Below, piece after piece: positions 1 to 10,245 of a DNA stretch of 64,000 bases. The DNA is taken from the NCBI GenBank assembly GCA_047601445.1, contig JASGJH010000001.1:8608001-8672000 (forward strand). The letters are read 5' to 3'. The stretch is from Myxococcales bacterium. Its GTDB lineage: Bacteria > Myxococcota_A > Polyangia > Polyangiales > DASUME01. The notes under the pieces were generated by a model. It worked only from the letters and a program-made list of their open reading frames with translations. It was not told the origin of the DNA and did not search any database. Within the stretch, counting starts at the first letter, position 1. Each line of letters starts with the position of its first letter. The position numbers and the translations under genes were made by a program.

Positions 1-3000
1 GTGATGTCGCCGCGGGCCAAGCGTCGCGCGAGCTCGGCGCCGTCAGCGGAGAGCAGGCGCGGGGCGATCTCGAGCTGGGCGCCCACGAACAGCGGCAAGA
101 AGAGCTCGAGCGCGGCGATGTCGAAAGACACCGTGGTCAAGGCGAGCAGGCGATCGTGTTCGGCGAGTCCCGGACGGCGGGCCATGGCGCTCAGCAGGTT
201 GAACAACGCCGACTGCAGGATTCTCGACTCCCTTGGGCCGACCCGTGGAGCCCGACGTGAATATCAGATACGCGAGGTGATGGGGCTGGAGACCGCCGCG
301 AGGGGGTGGGTCGGTCGGCATCGCAGTGGTGTGGGGAAGAGCCGACTCGAGCACCAGCACGGCGGCCTCGCAGGCAGGCAAGCTGCCGCGCAGCGCTTGT
401 TCGGTGATCACCACCCGGGGGCTCGCGTCCTCCAACATGAGGCCGATGCGCGCGGGCGGGTAACTCGGATCGAGCGGCACGTAGGCGCCGCCGGCTTTCA
501 TCACGGCCAAGAGCGCGACCACCAGCTCCACGCCGCGCTCGAGGAACACCGCGACCTGGACCTCGGGCGCCACGCCCAGCGTGCGCAGCCGGTGGGCCAG
601 TTGATTCGCGCGCACGTCGAGCATGCGATAGCTGACTGTCTCCTGTCCCGCGAGGACGGCCGTCCGGTCCGGATGTGCGCCCACGCGGGACTCGAATACG
701 TCGAGAAAGAGCTCGCTTCCGCCCTGCGCTCGCGCCGGTCCGCGGCCCTGCGAGAGGAGCTCTTCCTGCTCGAGCGGCAGCAGCCACGGCAGCTTGCCGC
801 AGCGCGCGTGGGGCTCGAGCAGCGCGCTCTCCAGCAACACGATGAAGCGCTCGGCCAGGCGTTCGGCGCTCGTAAGGCTCATCGAGTCGCTCTGGTACTC
901 GAGGCGCACCTGGGTCTGGGTACCCGTGTCGAGCAAGGAGAGGGAGACCTCATGGGGCGAGGCTGCACGGTCCAACAGCAGCGGCTCGACCTCGAGGGCA
1001 TCGACGTGAGGCTTCAATCTCCGCATGACCTGATAGTCGAAGTGCGTTTGGAAGAGCGGTGCGTGAGCGTGGCTGAGCGCTGGGGCCAGCGCTTCCACGA
1101 CGTGCTCGAAGGGCACCGACCGATGCTCCAGCGCCTCGAGAACGTTGGCCTTCACCGACTGCACCAGCTCGGCGAAGCTCGCCTCCGGAGCTACCTGGCT
1201 CCGCATCACCAGCGTGTTCGCGAACGGGCCCACCATCCGTTCGGTCTGCACGTGCTCACGTCCTGAGACCTTCGTGCCCACGCACAAGTCGGTCTCACCG
1301 GAACTGCGCATCAAGAGCACGTCGAAGGCGCTCAGCAGGGCCATGAAGCGCGTGACGCCGAACTCGAGGCAAAACGCGTCGAGTGCCGTCACCACCGTCG
1401 ATGGCAGCGTGCGCGTGACCAACCCGCCTTCGAGACTGCGTTGGGCCGGGCGCGGTCCATCGCTCGGGAAGGTCGACAGCAGCGGAGCGCCGGCCAGCTG
1501 GGTGCACCAGTAGCGGAGTGCCGCCTCCGACGACGGCGCACCATCGGGCTGAGTGCGTTGCCAGTGCGCGTAGTCCGGGAAGGACACCTCGTTCGCTGGC
1601 AGCTGCGCCTCGTCGCGACGGAGCTCGCTCCGATACAGCGCGCACAGCTCGGCGAACAGCAGGTCGAGCGAGCCGCCATCACAGGCGATTGGGTGAATCA
1701 CGAGGGCGAGCAAGCGCAGCTGGGAGTCGACGCGATAGAGCCGGCACTTGGCCACCGCGCCCCGGGTCAGGTCGAAGGGCTCTCGGGCCAGCTTGGCAGC
1801 CTGTTTCTCGGCCAGCTCCAGCGACGCCACCTCGCTCACCTCGAGCGGCAGCTCCTGGGCAGACAGCACCCGTTGGAGGAGGCCCGGAGAGCTGCGATAG
1901 CGTGTGCGCAAGGCGGCGTGGCGTGCGATCAGCGCCTGCAGCGCGGCGCGCAGTGCCGTCTCTTGACACGGTCCGCGCAGCACGAGCGCGCCCGCCACGT
2001 GGCAAGCGCTCGCGGCTGCATCGAGGGTATGTTCGCGCCAGATGCGCTCCTGGGGCAGCGCAAGCGGGAATAGATCGGCGTGCTGGGGCTCGATGGGCGG
2101 CGCTGGCAGCTGAGCTGGCGCGGCTTCCAGCATGACGGACAGGCGCGCCGCGCTGCGCGCTTCGAACAGCCACGCGAGCGGGACGTGCACCGACAGCGCG
2201 CGCTCGAGCCTGGCCAAGAGCTGCATTGCCAGGACGGACTCCATGCCCAGACGGAACAGGTCCTCGTCTGGATCGACGGCCGTGAGCCCCAGGAGAGCGG
2301 CGCACTCCGCGGTCACCAGAGCTTCGTGCTCGGAACGGCGCGCCGGGGCGACCAGCGCGCAGGCTTGCCGCAAGACGGTCTCGAACTCGCCGTCCAGGTA
2401 ACGGCGTTTCGCCAGGGAGCGCTGGACCTTGCCGCTCGAGGTCTTCGGGAGCGTGCCGGGGCGTACCAGCCACAGGTCGTGCAAGATGAGCTCGTGCTCT
2501 GCGAATACGGCGGCGCGCAGCATCCTCCCCACTTGCTCCCAGTCGAGCTCTTGCGTGAGCTCCACCTCCTGGATCAGACACACTCGCTCCTCGCCCTCGA
2601 AATCAACCGAGAACGCCGCAGCACAGTTGGCACGCGCGGCAGGGTGCGCCCCCTGCACGGTGTGCTCGATGTCCTCTGGGTACAGGTTGCGGCCGCGCAC
2701 GATCAGCAAGTCCTTCAGCCTGCCGGTGACGTACAGCTGGCCGGCCAGCACGAACCCGAGATCTCCCGTGCGCAGCCAATCCTGGCCGTCGTCGGGGCTG
2801 GGGCGCGCCCGAAACACCTGCTCGGTCTCTTCGCCGCGCTGAAAGTAGCCATTGGGCACGGATGGGCCGTGCAGCCAGATCTCACCGACCAGGCTGCGAT
2901 CGTGCGCCGACGCGGCTGGCTCGATCTCGCGCCCGCTGCTGGGATCCACGATCATCACATGATGGCCCGGGATCACGCTGCCGCAGCCCACGACCAAGGT

Positions 3001-4098
3001 CGTATCCTCTTGCGTGGTGGCGCGCGCGACATGGTGACGCCCGAGCTCGCGCTCCGAGGCGGGGAAGCTGGTGGGCCCGCTCGCGTCAGTGAAGGACACC
3101 AGCAAGGTGGCCTCGGCCAGTCCGTAGCAGGGGCGTAGCGCCGAGCGTCGAAAGCCGACCGGCTCGAAGGCCGTGCAGAACGCGTCGAGGGTCTCGGCGC
3201 GCACGCGCTCGGCGCCGTTCCAGGCGACGCTCCAGCACGACAGGTCGAGGCCGCGCTTGTGCCGTTCGTCGATGCGCTTACTGCACAGTGCGTAGGCGAA
3301 GTCCGGGGCGCCGCCGTGGGTCCCGCGGTAGCGCGTGAAGGCATCGAGCCAGCGCGAGGGCTCGGCGAGGAAGGCTTGCGGTGACATCATGGTGGAAGGA
3401 CAGCCGGCCACCACGGGCATCAGCACCGTCGCGACGAGGCCCATGTCGTGGTAGGGCGGCAGCCAGGAGACGACCTGGCTCTCGGGCGACATTCCCGTGG
3501 CTTCCACGCCGCGCATGCAGTTTTCGAGCAGGTTGTCGTGGCTGAGCATCACGCCGCGCGGCGCTGCGCTGGAACCCGACGTGTACTGCAGCAGCGCGAC
3601 GTGTCGTGCCTGCGCATCGGCGAACAGGAGCTCGCGGGAGGCGAACCCCGCAGCCTCGAGCGCGTCGACCGCGATCAAGTCCAGGCTCGAGCTGGTGTAC
3701 GTGCGGAGATCGCGCTCGAGCGGTTCCACGAGCGAGCGTGTGACCAGCGCCGCGCCGGCCAGGGTGTCCGCCAGGAGCAACTCGAAGCGCGCCGACGAGC
3801 GATGCAGATGCGGCGGCAGCGACGGTACGGCCACGCGCTCCGAGATCAAGCAACCCCACAAGCTCACCAGGTAGTCGAGGCCCGGGGGACACAGCAGGAG
3901 CACGCGCGCGCCCTTCGCCGTGCGGGCCCGCAACGCGTGCGCGACGTCGCTCGCACGCTGATACAGGTCCGCGAAGGACAGCTCGAGGGGCTGCATGTCG
4001 GCGTCGCGCAGGAAGCGGTACACCAGACGGTCCGGCGTGGCCGCAGCGCGCACAGCCAGCAGAGCCGGCAGAGTTCGGGGCAGGTTGTGGAGGGTCAT
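1..4098 (-). CDS. Lipopeptide-initiating NRPS: fatty acyl-AMP ligase (FAAL) - carrier domain - condensation - adenylation; partial (runs off window), apparent +1 frameshift at 219-223
   Basis: ATG at 4098 overlaps upstream TGA (ATGA). FAAL motifs LQYTSGSS, SWLPPYHDMGL, CYGLAEATL, PKTSSGKVQR; carrier LFRLGMES; C domain with HPIACDG; A domain GGAYVPLDPSYP, YLIFTSGSTGRPKGV. Removing one A from GAGAATC restores VEILQSALFNLL...TTVSFDIAALELFLPL to the window edge. Confidence 0.92.
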
Positions 4099-4949
4099 CG
4101 GCCCTGGCTCGAGGGGTGGAAATGGGCGGGGAGAGAGCGCGCCGGCGTATCGGCCGTGGCCTCCTGGAGCAACGTCGAGAAAGCCGACACCAGGTGTTCG
4201 ACCCAGGGCGGATCGAGGATGAATTGGTGCGTGCCCGGGACCGTCGTGACCCGCACGCCGCCGTCCACCACCGCGCCCCAGCCATTGGTTTGATCTTCGA
4301 ACGAGACGCCCTTCCACTCTGGCGGAGTGGCTGCGCGGAACAAGTCGACGCGACCCGGGTAGCGCGATGGTCGATAGGTTCGCAGTGCGTGTTCGTGGGC
4401 CAAGCTGACGCGCTGCAAGGCCTTGAGTGAGTCGCTGTGTCCCGCCGGAATGCGCGCCATGGCCCAGATGGCGTCCTTGCTGCGGTCCGGCCTGATCACG
4501 TGGCGCTCGGTGGAGACGCCCAGCGCCTGCTTGACCACGCGCGTGACCTGCGTCTTGGTACGCGCCCAGAGCGGAGCACGCCGCGGATAGTCGGGCCCGA
4601 AGGTGTCGAACAGGGCGAGCAGCGCGACCGTCTCACCCTCGCTGACCAAGCTGCAGGCCATCTCGTAGGCGATGTTGCCGCCGAACGAGGGGCCCCCGAG
4701 GAAGTAGGGGCCGCGCGGTTGACGCCGTCGAAGTTGCTCCAGGTAGAACCTGGCGGCCTCGACGACCGACAGGAAGGGCGCGCTGCGTCCGTTTAGCCCG
4801 CGCGCCTGGATGCCGAGCAACGGCTGCTCGCTCGACAGTGCGCTCGCGAACACGTGCGCGTACAGGACGTTGCCGCCGTTGGGGTGCAGCAGCCAAAAGG
4901 GCGTCCGCGTCCCGCCGCGGATCTCGACGACGATGTCATCTTCTTCCAC
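4095..4949 (-). CDS. Stand-alone NRPS/PKS-type thioesterase (alpha/beta hydrolase)
   Basis: PFWLLHPNGGNV, GIQARGL, GPYFLGGPSFGG (GxSxG), C-terminal GTHQFIL; translationally coupled to the NRPS. GTG start at 4949 is approximate. Confidence 0.88.
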   Translation of the reverse strand: MEEDDIVVEIRGGTRTPFWLLHPNGGNVLYAHVFASALSSEQPLLGIQARGLNGRSAPFLSVVEAARFYLEQLRRRQPRGPYFLGGPSFGGNIAYEMACSLVSEGETVALLALFDTFGPDYPRRAPLWARTKTQVTRVVKQALGVSTERHVIRPDRSKDAIWAMARIPAGHSDSLKALQRVSLAHEHALRTYRPSRYPGRVDLFRAATPPEWKGVSFEDQTNGWGAVVDGGVRVTTVPGTHQFILDPPWVEHLVSAFSTLLQEATADTPARSLPAHFHPSSQGR

Positions 4950-4986
4950 GTGAACCGGTGCAGGATAGGCTCGCCTTCGCGAGCAA

Positions 4987-5003
4987 GGCAACAGGCTCGC
5001 CGG
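4987..5003 (-). promoter_or_regulatory. Possible sigma54 promoter for the thioesterase-NRPS operon
   Basis: Minus strand CCGGCGAGCCTGTTGCC has GG-N10-GC with TT before GC, but a weak -24 match. Confidence 0.3.
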
Positions 5004-5288
5004 CGCGCGAATCCGCGTGAACGCATCGGTGTCGGTCCCACGACGCGCGGCCTGCGTGCGCTCAAAACCGGCTTTTCCTCGCGCTATTTCGCGCTTCGTG
5101 CAGGCTCACGACGCCACGCTTGGGACGGCGAGCATCACGCGTTGCACGCTCGCCGTGTTGGGTACACGTTTTTCGCTGACCGTAACCCCCGTGCGCTCGG
5201 CGCCGCGCAAGACGCAGTCCGTTCGCTTCGGGAAGTCACTCCGCGCGCCGGGCGCTCGCTTGCCTCGAGGGACGGCGAGCCGCCCCGT

Positions 5289-5753
5289 TCAGGCGCCAGC
5301 GTAGTGACGAATGGCAGCCTTGCGTGCCGCGTTCAGTCGCTCGGCCATCAGCACCGCGAAGCGCTTGAGCAGCTCGTAACCCAGCTGTGGGTCGGCTTCG
5401 CAGGCGGCGCGCAGACGCTCACCGTCCACCGCGATCACGCTGCTCGGCGAGGTCGCCCGCGCGTCGAAGGCCCAGCGGTAAGGTGAGATCAACCATGACC
5501 ACCCCAACATGCTGCCGCTGCCCAACTTCTGAATTGCCAGAGGCTCCCCGTCGATGGAGGGGATCTCCACCTGCACGCTGCCGCTGCGGACGATGAAGAA
5601 ATGGGTAGCCGGCTTGTCCTGCTCGAACACGCGCTGGTTCGCGTCGAATTGGACCAGGGTCGCCAGGCCACCGATCAGCGCGATCTGCTCCTGCTTGAGA
5701 CCCTTGAAGATGGGGTGCTGCGCCAAATACACCGTCAGCGTGCCGTCCGACAT
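5289..5753 (-). CDS. Stand-alone cyclic nucleotide-binding (cNMP) domain protein
   Basis: HPIFKGL...VFEQDKPATHFFIVRSGSVQV...LGSGSMLGWS; 154 aa, no HTH. Confidence 0.85.
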   Translation of the reverse strand: MSDGTLTVYLAQHPIFKGLKQEQIALIGGLATLVQFDANQRVFEQDKPATHFFIVRSGSVQVEIPSIDGEPLAIQKLGSGSMLGWSWLISPYRWAFDARATSPSSVIAVDGERLRAACEADPQLGYELLKRFAVLMAERLNAARKAAIRHYAGA

Positions 5754-5868
5754 GGATCACTCTCTTGGTTTTGCCCCGCGCAGTCCCGCGCGTAGGCCTA
5801 CCGTGCACACTTGGCAGAATGTGATTCGCGCGCAAGTCGGAACGCCCGTGTGCTCGTTTACGGGATGG

Positions 5869-7179
5869 TCACGCGACCTCCCCGCGGAGCGTCAGCTTCG
5901 CCACCAGCTCCACGTGCGGCGTCTGCGGCAGCGTATCGAAGGCTCGCAACGACACGAGTTGGTAACATGCGGCGAGTCGACTGAGGTCACGGGCCAGACC
6001 CTCCGGTCCGCAGCTCATGATGCGCAGCTCGGGCGCAGCGAGTGCCACGAGCCCGGCGCAGACGCGCTCACCCATCCCCTTGCGCGGAGGGTTGGCCACC
6101 ACCAGGTCCGGCCGCGTCCCCCGCTCGACGGCCTGCTCCACGAACTCCGCCACGTCCTGGGCCGGTACCCCCAGCTTTTCCGCGCTCTCCGGGTAGGACT
6201 CGCAGGGGACCACGTCCTCGAAGTGGGTCCGCAGCTTGGCCGTCGTCACCCCTGCCCCCGCGTACAGGTCCAAGGCCAGCCTGCCCGGCTGAGCGCCAGC
6301 CTTGTGGTCCGTCAGCGCCGCATAGGCGAGCGTCGCCACCTCGGGGTTGGGCTGCAGAAAGCCCAGCGCCGCCAGCGGTACCGAGTGACCGAGCAGTTCG
6401 GCAGGCAAATCGGCGCGGCCGGTGAGCGCGCGTGGTGAGCTGCCTCGCATGTTGTTGCTGGGCCCGGCCTGGACGCTCTGGCTGACGCCCACCAGCACGT
6501 CGTCCAGGGATGCGCTCAACAACTCGGCGGCGCGGCTCTCGGCCGCCGCCGTGACCAGCGTGATGAGCACCTGTCGGCCATTGGTCTTGCCCCACACGTA
6601 GCGCAGATCACCGCGCCCCGAACGCTCGTCGAAGGGCTCCACCTGCAGCGTTTGCGCCCGCGCCTCGAGTCGGTCGAACGTGTCCCGCAGCAACGGATGC
6701 TCGACGAGACAGCCCGTCATCCGCGCGGGCACGTGGCTCTCCCGCACGTAGCTGCCTAGCAGCAAGGAGCCCGCACGACCCAGCGCCACACGCTTGCTGG
6801 ACCAGCGATAGCCGAGCACCGGACCGGCGCTCTCCAGCTCGGCCACCTCGAGGCCGAACTGCGCTGCCAGCATGTCCCGTTTGGCCCTTCGCTGGGCCTC
6901 CTCGCTGAGCTCCATCAGCGCGCAGCCAGCGCAGCGTCCGCCGCGCCCCACATGGTTCGGGCACGGGGCCTCGCGCCGATCCGGATGGACCATCTCGAGC
7001 TGCTGCAGGCGCGCGAACGCACGCGGGTGCTGCCGGGACACCGCCTCGATCCGGACCTGAGCGGACTCGCCGGGGAACAGCCCTGCGCACATCACGGAGC
7101 GCCCCTCGAGCTCCGCCACGCCCACGCCTTCCAGTGTGATTCCGTGGGCGGTTACGTGCGCTTGGTCGCCATTCTTCAC
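5869..7179 (-). CDS. RlmD/TrmA-family RNA (uracil-5-)-methyltransferase
   Basis: CPNH...CAGC Fe-S Cys cluster, FLQPN, LDLYAGAG, ANPPRKG, MSCGPEGLARD, FDTLPQTPHVE. Confidence 0.88.
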   Translation of the reverse strand: MKNGDQAHVTAHGITLEGVGVAELEGRSVMCAGLFPGESAQVRIEAVSRQHPRAFARLQQLEMVHPDRREAPCPNHVGRGGRCAGCALMELSEEAQRRAKRDMLAAQFGLEVAELESAGPVLGYRWSSKRVALGRAGSLLLGSYVRESHVPARMTGCLVEHPLLRDTFDRLEARAQTLQVEPFDERSGRGDLRYVWGKTNGRQVLITLVTAAAESRAAELLSASLDDVLVGVSQSVQAGPSNNMRGSSPRALTGRADLPAELLGHSVPLAALGFLQPNPEVATLAYAALTDHKAGAQPGRLALDLYAGAGVTTAKLRTHFEDVVPCESYPESAEKLGVPAQDVAEFVEQAVERGTRPDLVVANPPRKGMGERVCAGLVALAAPELRIMSCGPEGLARDLSRLAACYQLVSLRAFDTLPQTPHVELVAKLTLRGEVA

Positions 7180-7256
7180 CGTCGAAGCCTGATCACAGAT
7201 GCCCAGATGTTCAAGTCTGGGGCTACCCCAGGCCGGACCTGCTACCCTGCGGCCCC

Positions 7257-9233
7257 ATGAGTTCCCTGGTCGAGCTTCGCCGCAAAGATGGGCGCGCGCG
7301 TCGCGATCTCACGGCGTTTCTTCCGACCACGCGCGAGGAAATGGCGGCCCGCGGCTGGGACCAGCTCGACGTCCTCATCATCAATGGCGACGCCTACGTG
7401 GACCATCCGGCCTTCGGCGGTGCCCTGATCGGGCGCTTCCTCGAGGGGCGTGGCTTTCGGGTGGGCATGATCGCTCAGCCGCGCTGGGATGCACCCGAGG
7501 ACCTGCTGGTGATGGGAGCGCCCAAGCTGTTCGTGGGCATCACGGCTGGCAACCTCGACAGCATGCTCAACAAGCTCACCGCGCAGAAGAAGGTGCGCTC
7601 GGAGGACCAGTACTCCCCCGGCGGTCGCACCGGTGCGCGCCCCAACCGCGCCAGCATCGTGTACGCCAACCTGGCGCGTCGCGCATTCCCGGGCGTACCG
7701 CTGGTGCTCGGAGGCATCGAGGCTTCGCTGCGTCGCATCGCGCACTTCGACTACTGGAGCGAGCAGGTGAGGCGCTCCATCTTGCTCGACTCCAAGGCCG
7801 ACATGGTGATCTTCGGCATGGGCGAGCGACCGGTTTGGGAGCTGGCCGAGCGGCTCAAGGCCGGAGCGCGCATCGAGCAGGTTCGAGACCTCCGCGGCAC
7901 GGGCTTCGTGCTGCGCAAGGGCGAGTGGGAGAACCTCGAGGGCAGTCGCTTCGTGCGCGATGGCAAGCCCGTGATCCTGCCGAGCTACGAAGAGGTGTCC
8001 GCGGACACGCCCGAGGCGCGCCGAGCGTTCAGCGAGGCAAGCCGCGCCTTTCAGCTCGAGACCAACCCGGGCAATGGCAGACCGATCGTGCAGCCGCACG
8101 GCGTGGAGGCCATCTACCTCAATCCTCCTGCGCAACCGCTCGACACCGCGACCATGGACGAGCTCTACGACCTGCCGTTCCAGCGTGCGGCCCACCACAG
8201 CTACGCCGATCCGATTCCAGCCTTCGAGACGGTCAAGCACTCCATCGTCACCATGCGCGGGTGCTTCGGCGGCTGCAGCTTCTGTTCGATCACCGAGCAC
8301 GAGGGGCGCGTGATTCAGTCACGCTCCGCCGAGAGCGTGTTGCGCGAGGTGCGCGCATTGCGTCGACTCGACGACTTCCGCGGGGTGATCAGCGACGTGG
8401 GCGGCCCCACCGCCAACATGTACCAGATGCGCTGCCGCGAGGAGCGCATCGAGAAAGCCTGCCGCCGGCTCTCGTGCGTGTACCCAGGCGTGTGCGAGAA
8501 CCTGGTCACAGACCACGCTCCGCTGGTCGATCTACTGCGCAAGGTCCGCAAGGAGCCCGGCGTGCGCAAGGTGTTCATCGCCTCGGGTGTTCGCTACGAC
8601 CTCGCCGAGCTCAGCCCGGAGTTCGTGGACGAGCTCGCCATGCATCACACCGGCGGGCAGCTCTCGGTGGCTCCCGAGCACGTGGACACCGCGGTGCTCG
8701 ACAAGATGAAGAAGCCCGGGGCAGAGACCTACGAGCGCTTCGCCGATATGTTTGCCTGCTCGAGTGAGAAGAGCGGCAAAGAGCAGCACCTCATTCCCTA
8801 TTACATCTCGGGTCACCCAGGTTCTTCGCTGAACTCGATGATCGACCTGGCGCTCTACCTCAAGCAACGCGGGCTCAGGCCGCGGCAGGTCCAGGACTTC
8901 ATCCCCACCCCGATGTCCATGGCCACCAGCATGTACTACACCGGCCAGGACCCTTTCTCGCGCGAGCCGGTGTACACGGCCAAGACGCTGCACGAGAAGC
9001 GCCTGCAAAAGGCGCTGTTGCAGTACTGGGATCCGGAGCAGCATCACCTGGCGCGCGAAGCGCTGACCGCGGCGGGGCGCAGCGACCTGATCGGCAGCAA
9101 GGCGCACCAGCTGGTGCCGCCGGAGCGCGGACAGGGAGCGTTGTCGATCCATCAGCGGCGTCGCCAGCAGGCCGGAAGGCCCCAGGGGCGTGTGGGTCGG
9201 CGAGGGGCGGGTACCCCGCCGAGCAAGCGCTAG
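7257..9233 (+). CDS. ygiQ: YgiQ family radical SAM protein
   Basis: FLPTTREEM..RGWDQLD, GDAYVDHPAFG, RGCFGGCSFC (CxxxCxxC), DVGGPTANMY, QVQDFIPTP. Confidence 0.95.
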   Translation: MSSLVELRRKDGRARRDLTAFLPTTREEMAARGWDQLDVLIINGDAYVDHPAFGGALIGRFLEGRGFRVGMIAQPRWDAPEDLLVMGAPKLFVGITAGNLDSMLNKLTAQKKVRSEDQYSPGGRTGARPNRASIVYANLARRAFPGVPLVLGGIEASLRRIAHFDYWSEQVRRSILLDSKADMVIFGMGERPVWELAERLKAGARIEQVRDLRGTGFVLRKGEWENLEGSRFVRDGKPVILPSYEEVSADTPEARRAFSEASRAFQLETNPGNGRPIVQPHGVEAIYLNPPAQPLDTATMDELYDLPFQRAAHHSYADPIPAFETVKHSIVTMRGCFGGCSFCSITEHEGRVIQSRSAESVLREVRALRRLDDFRGVISDVGGPTANMYQMRCREERIEKACRRLSCVYPGVCENLVTDHAPLVDLLRKVRKEPGVRKVFIASGVRYDLAELSPEFVDELAMHHTGGQLSVAPEHVDTAVLDKMKKPGAETYERFADMFACSSEKSGKEQHLIPYYISGHPGSSLNSMIDLALYLKQRGLRPRQVQDFIPTPMSMATSMYYTGQDPFSREPVYTAKTLHEKRLQKALLQYWDPEQHHLAREALTAAGRSDLIGSKAHQLVPPERGQGALSIHQRRRQQAGRPQGRVGRRGAGTPPSKR

Positions 9234-9240
9234 CCAGCAC

Positions 9241-9405
9241 CAACATCGGCTCGTCGTGATCGTGGCGGTGGTCGTGGACTTTGATCGCGACGGCGACGGT
9301 GTGCGTGGCCGCGCCGGGTCGATGCTCTGAACGGCTTACCGCTCACGCACACTGTCGCCGTCGCCGCTCAAGTCCACATCGCCGACCAGGTTCAGGTCAA
9401 CGTTG
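9241..9405. repeat. Long imperfect inverted repeat between convergent genes
   Basis: GCGACGGCGACGGTGTGCGTG (9287-9307) pairs with CACGCACACTGTCGCCGTCGC (9344-9364) with one G-U; outer GTGGACTT (9274-9281) pairs with AAGTCCAC (9370-9377). Confidence 0.8.
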
Positions 9406-9419
9406 TAGGCCTGGTCTCC

Positions 9420-9899
9420 TCAGTCGAAGGCGATCATGGAGTCGTCGACCGGCGCGGGGCGTACGCGCAGGGGAATGCTGGCCAACACGGCCTCCAGGTC
9501 CTGCATCTTGCCCCAGTGACGACGCTGCTGCTCGTGGAAGAAGGTGGCGTGCTCTTCGGCGAAGTGCGCCAGGCCGTTCACCGAAAGGCCACGCTTGGCG
9601 AGCGAGCGAGCGAGGAGCTGGTCGAAGTGGCGCGTGGACAGCGTGCGCACCACGGCGTCCGCCTCGGCGCTCGAGGCGTAGTCGAAGAGCGCTGCGGTGT
9701 AGATCTCGTCCGAGTAGATCTCGAACGCTTCTTCGAGACCGGCGGCATAGGTGGCTTCGACGTCTGGGCGCTGGCTATTGCCGGCGCTTGGCGTCGTGGC
9801 CTGAGACGCGCTGCAACCGAGGATCGCCGAGAACGCTACGAACAACACGCGCCTTCGAAGTGCGCTGGGGGCGGCGCACGCAATACCCGAATGCTTCAT
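9420..9899 (-). CDS. Hypothetical lipoprotein (159 aa) downstream of c-di-GMP riboswitch
   Basis: RBS AGGAGG upstream of ATG 9899; signal peptide RRRVLFVAFSAILGC with lipobox ILGC. Confidence 0.75.
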   Translation of the reverse strand: MKHSGIACAAPSALRRRVLFVAFSAILGCSASQATTPSAGNSQRPDVEATYAAGLEEAFEIYSDEIYTAALFDYASSAEADAVVRTLSTRHFDQLLARSLAKRGLSVNGLAHFAEEHATFFHEQQRRHWGKMQDLEAVLASIPLRVRPAPVDDSMIAFD

Positions 9900-9935
9900 A
9901 AGGTGGTTCCTCCTGACGGGCAGGGAGAGGAACCG

Positions 9936-10034
9936 AACCGGCTTCGGTAACCATTCAAACCGTGGGCTAAGCGCCTTTAGGTCAGTGGCTTTGCGTCCGC
10001 GCCTTTCGCACGCGGTTGCCTTTGTCGGCCGGAT
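9936..10034 (-). ncRNA. Cyclic di-GMP-I (GEMM-I) riboswitch
   Basis: Minus strand CCGGCCGACAAAGGCAACCGCGTGCGAAAGGCGCGGACGCAAAGCCACTGACCTAAAGG...ATGGTTACCGAAGCCGG: GGCAA, GAAA tetraloop, GGACGCAAAGCC, CCTAA receptor, GGTTACCGAA, closing CCGGC/GCCGG helix; lies in a 5' UTR. Confidence 0.88.
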
Positions 10035-10166
10035 CCCCGAGCTGCTGTTGAGATCAATTCTCGTAGCAACCGATTCCGCAGCACAACGAAATTCGCCGTC
10101 ATGTTTGTTCAGCACCCGCCCCGAGCGGGCGCGCCATGGCCGCCTGAATGTCGTGCAAGTTCGGCG

Positions 10167-10204
10167 CTTAAAGCGGCACGGGGCCCCGTGAGGCCCCGTG
10201 TCGT
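10167..10204 (-). terminator. Probable intrinsic terminator after fadL-like gene
   Basis: Stem CGGCACGGGGCC / GGCCCCGTGTCG followed on the minus strand by TTTAAG. Confidence 0.55.
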
Positions 10205-10245
10205 GAGCAAACTCCAAGCAGACCACCCGGTCCGCGAGCCCACCC

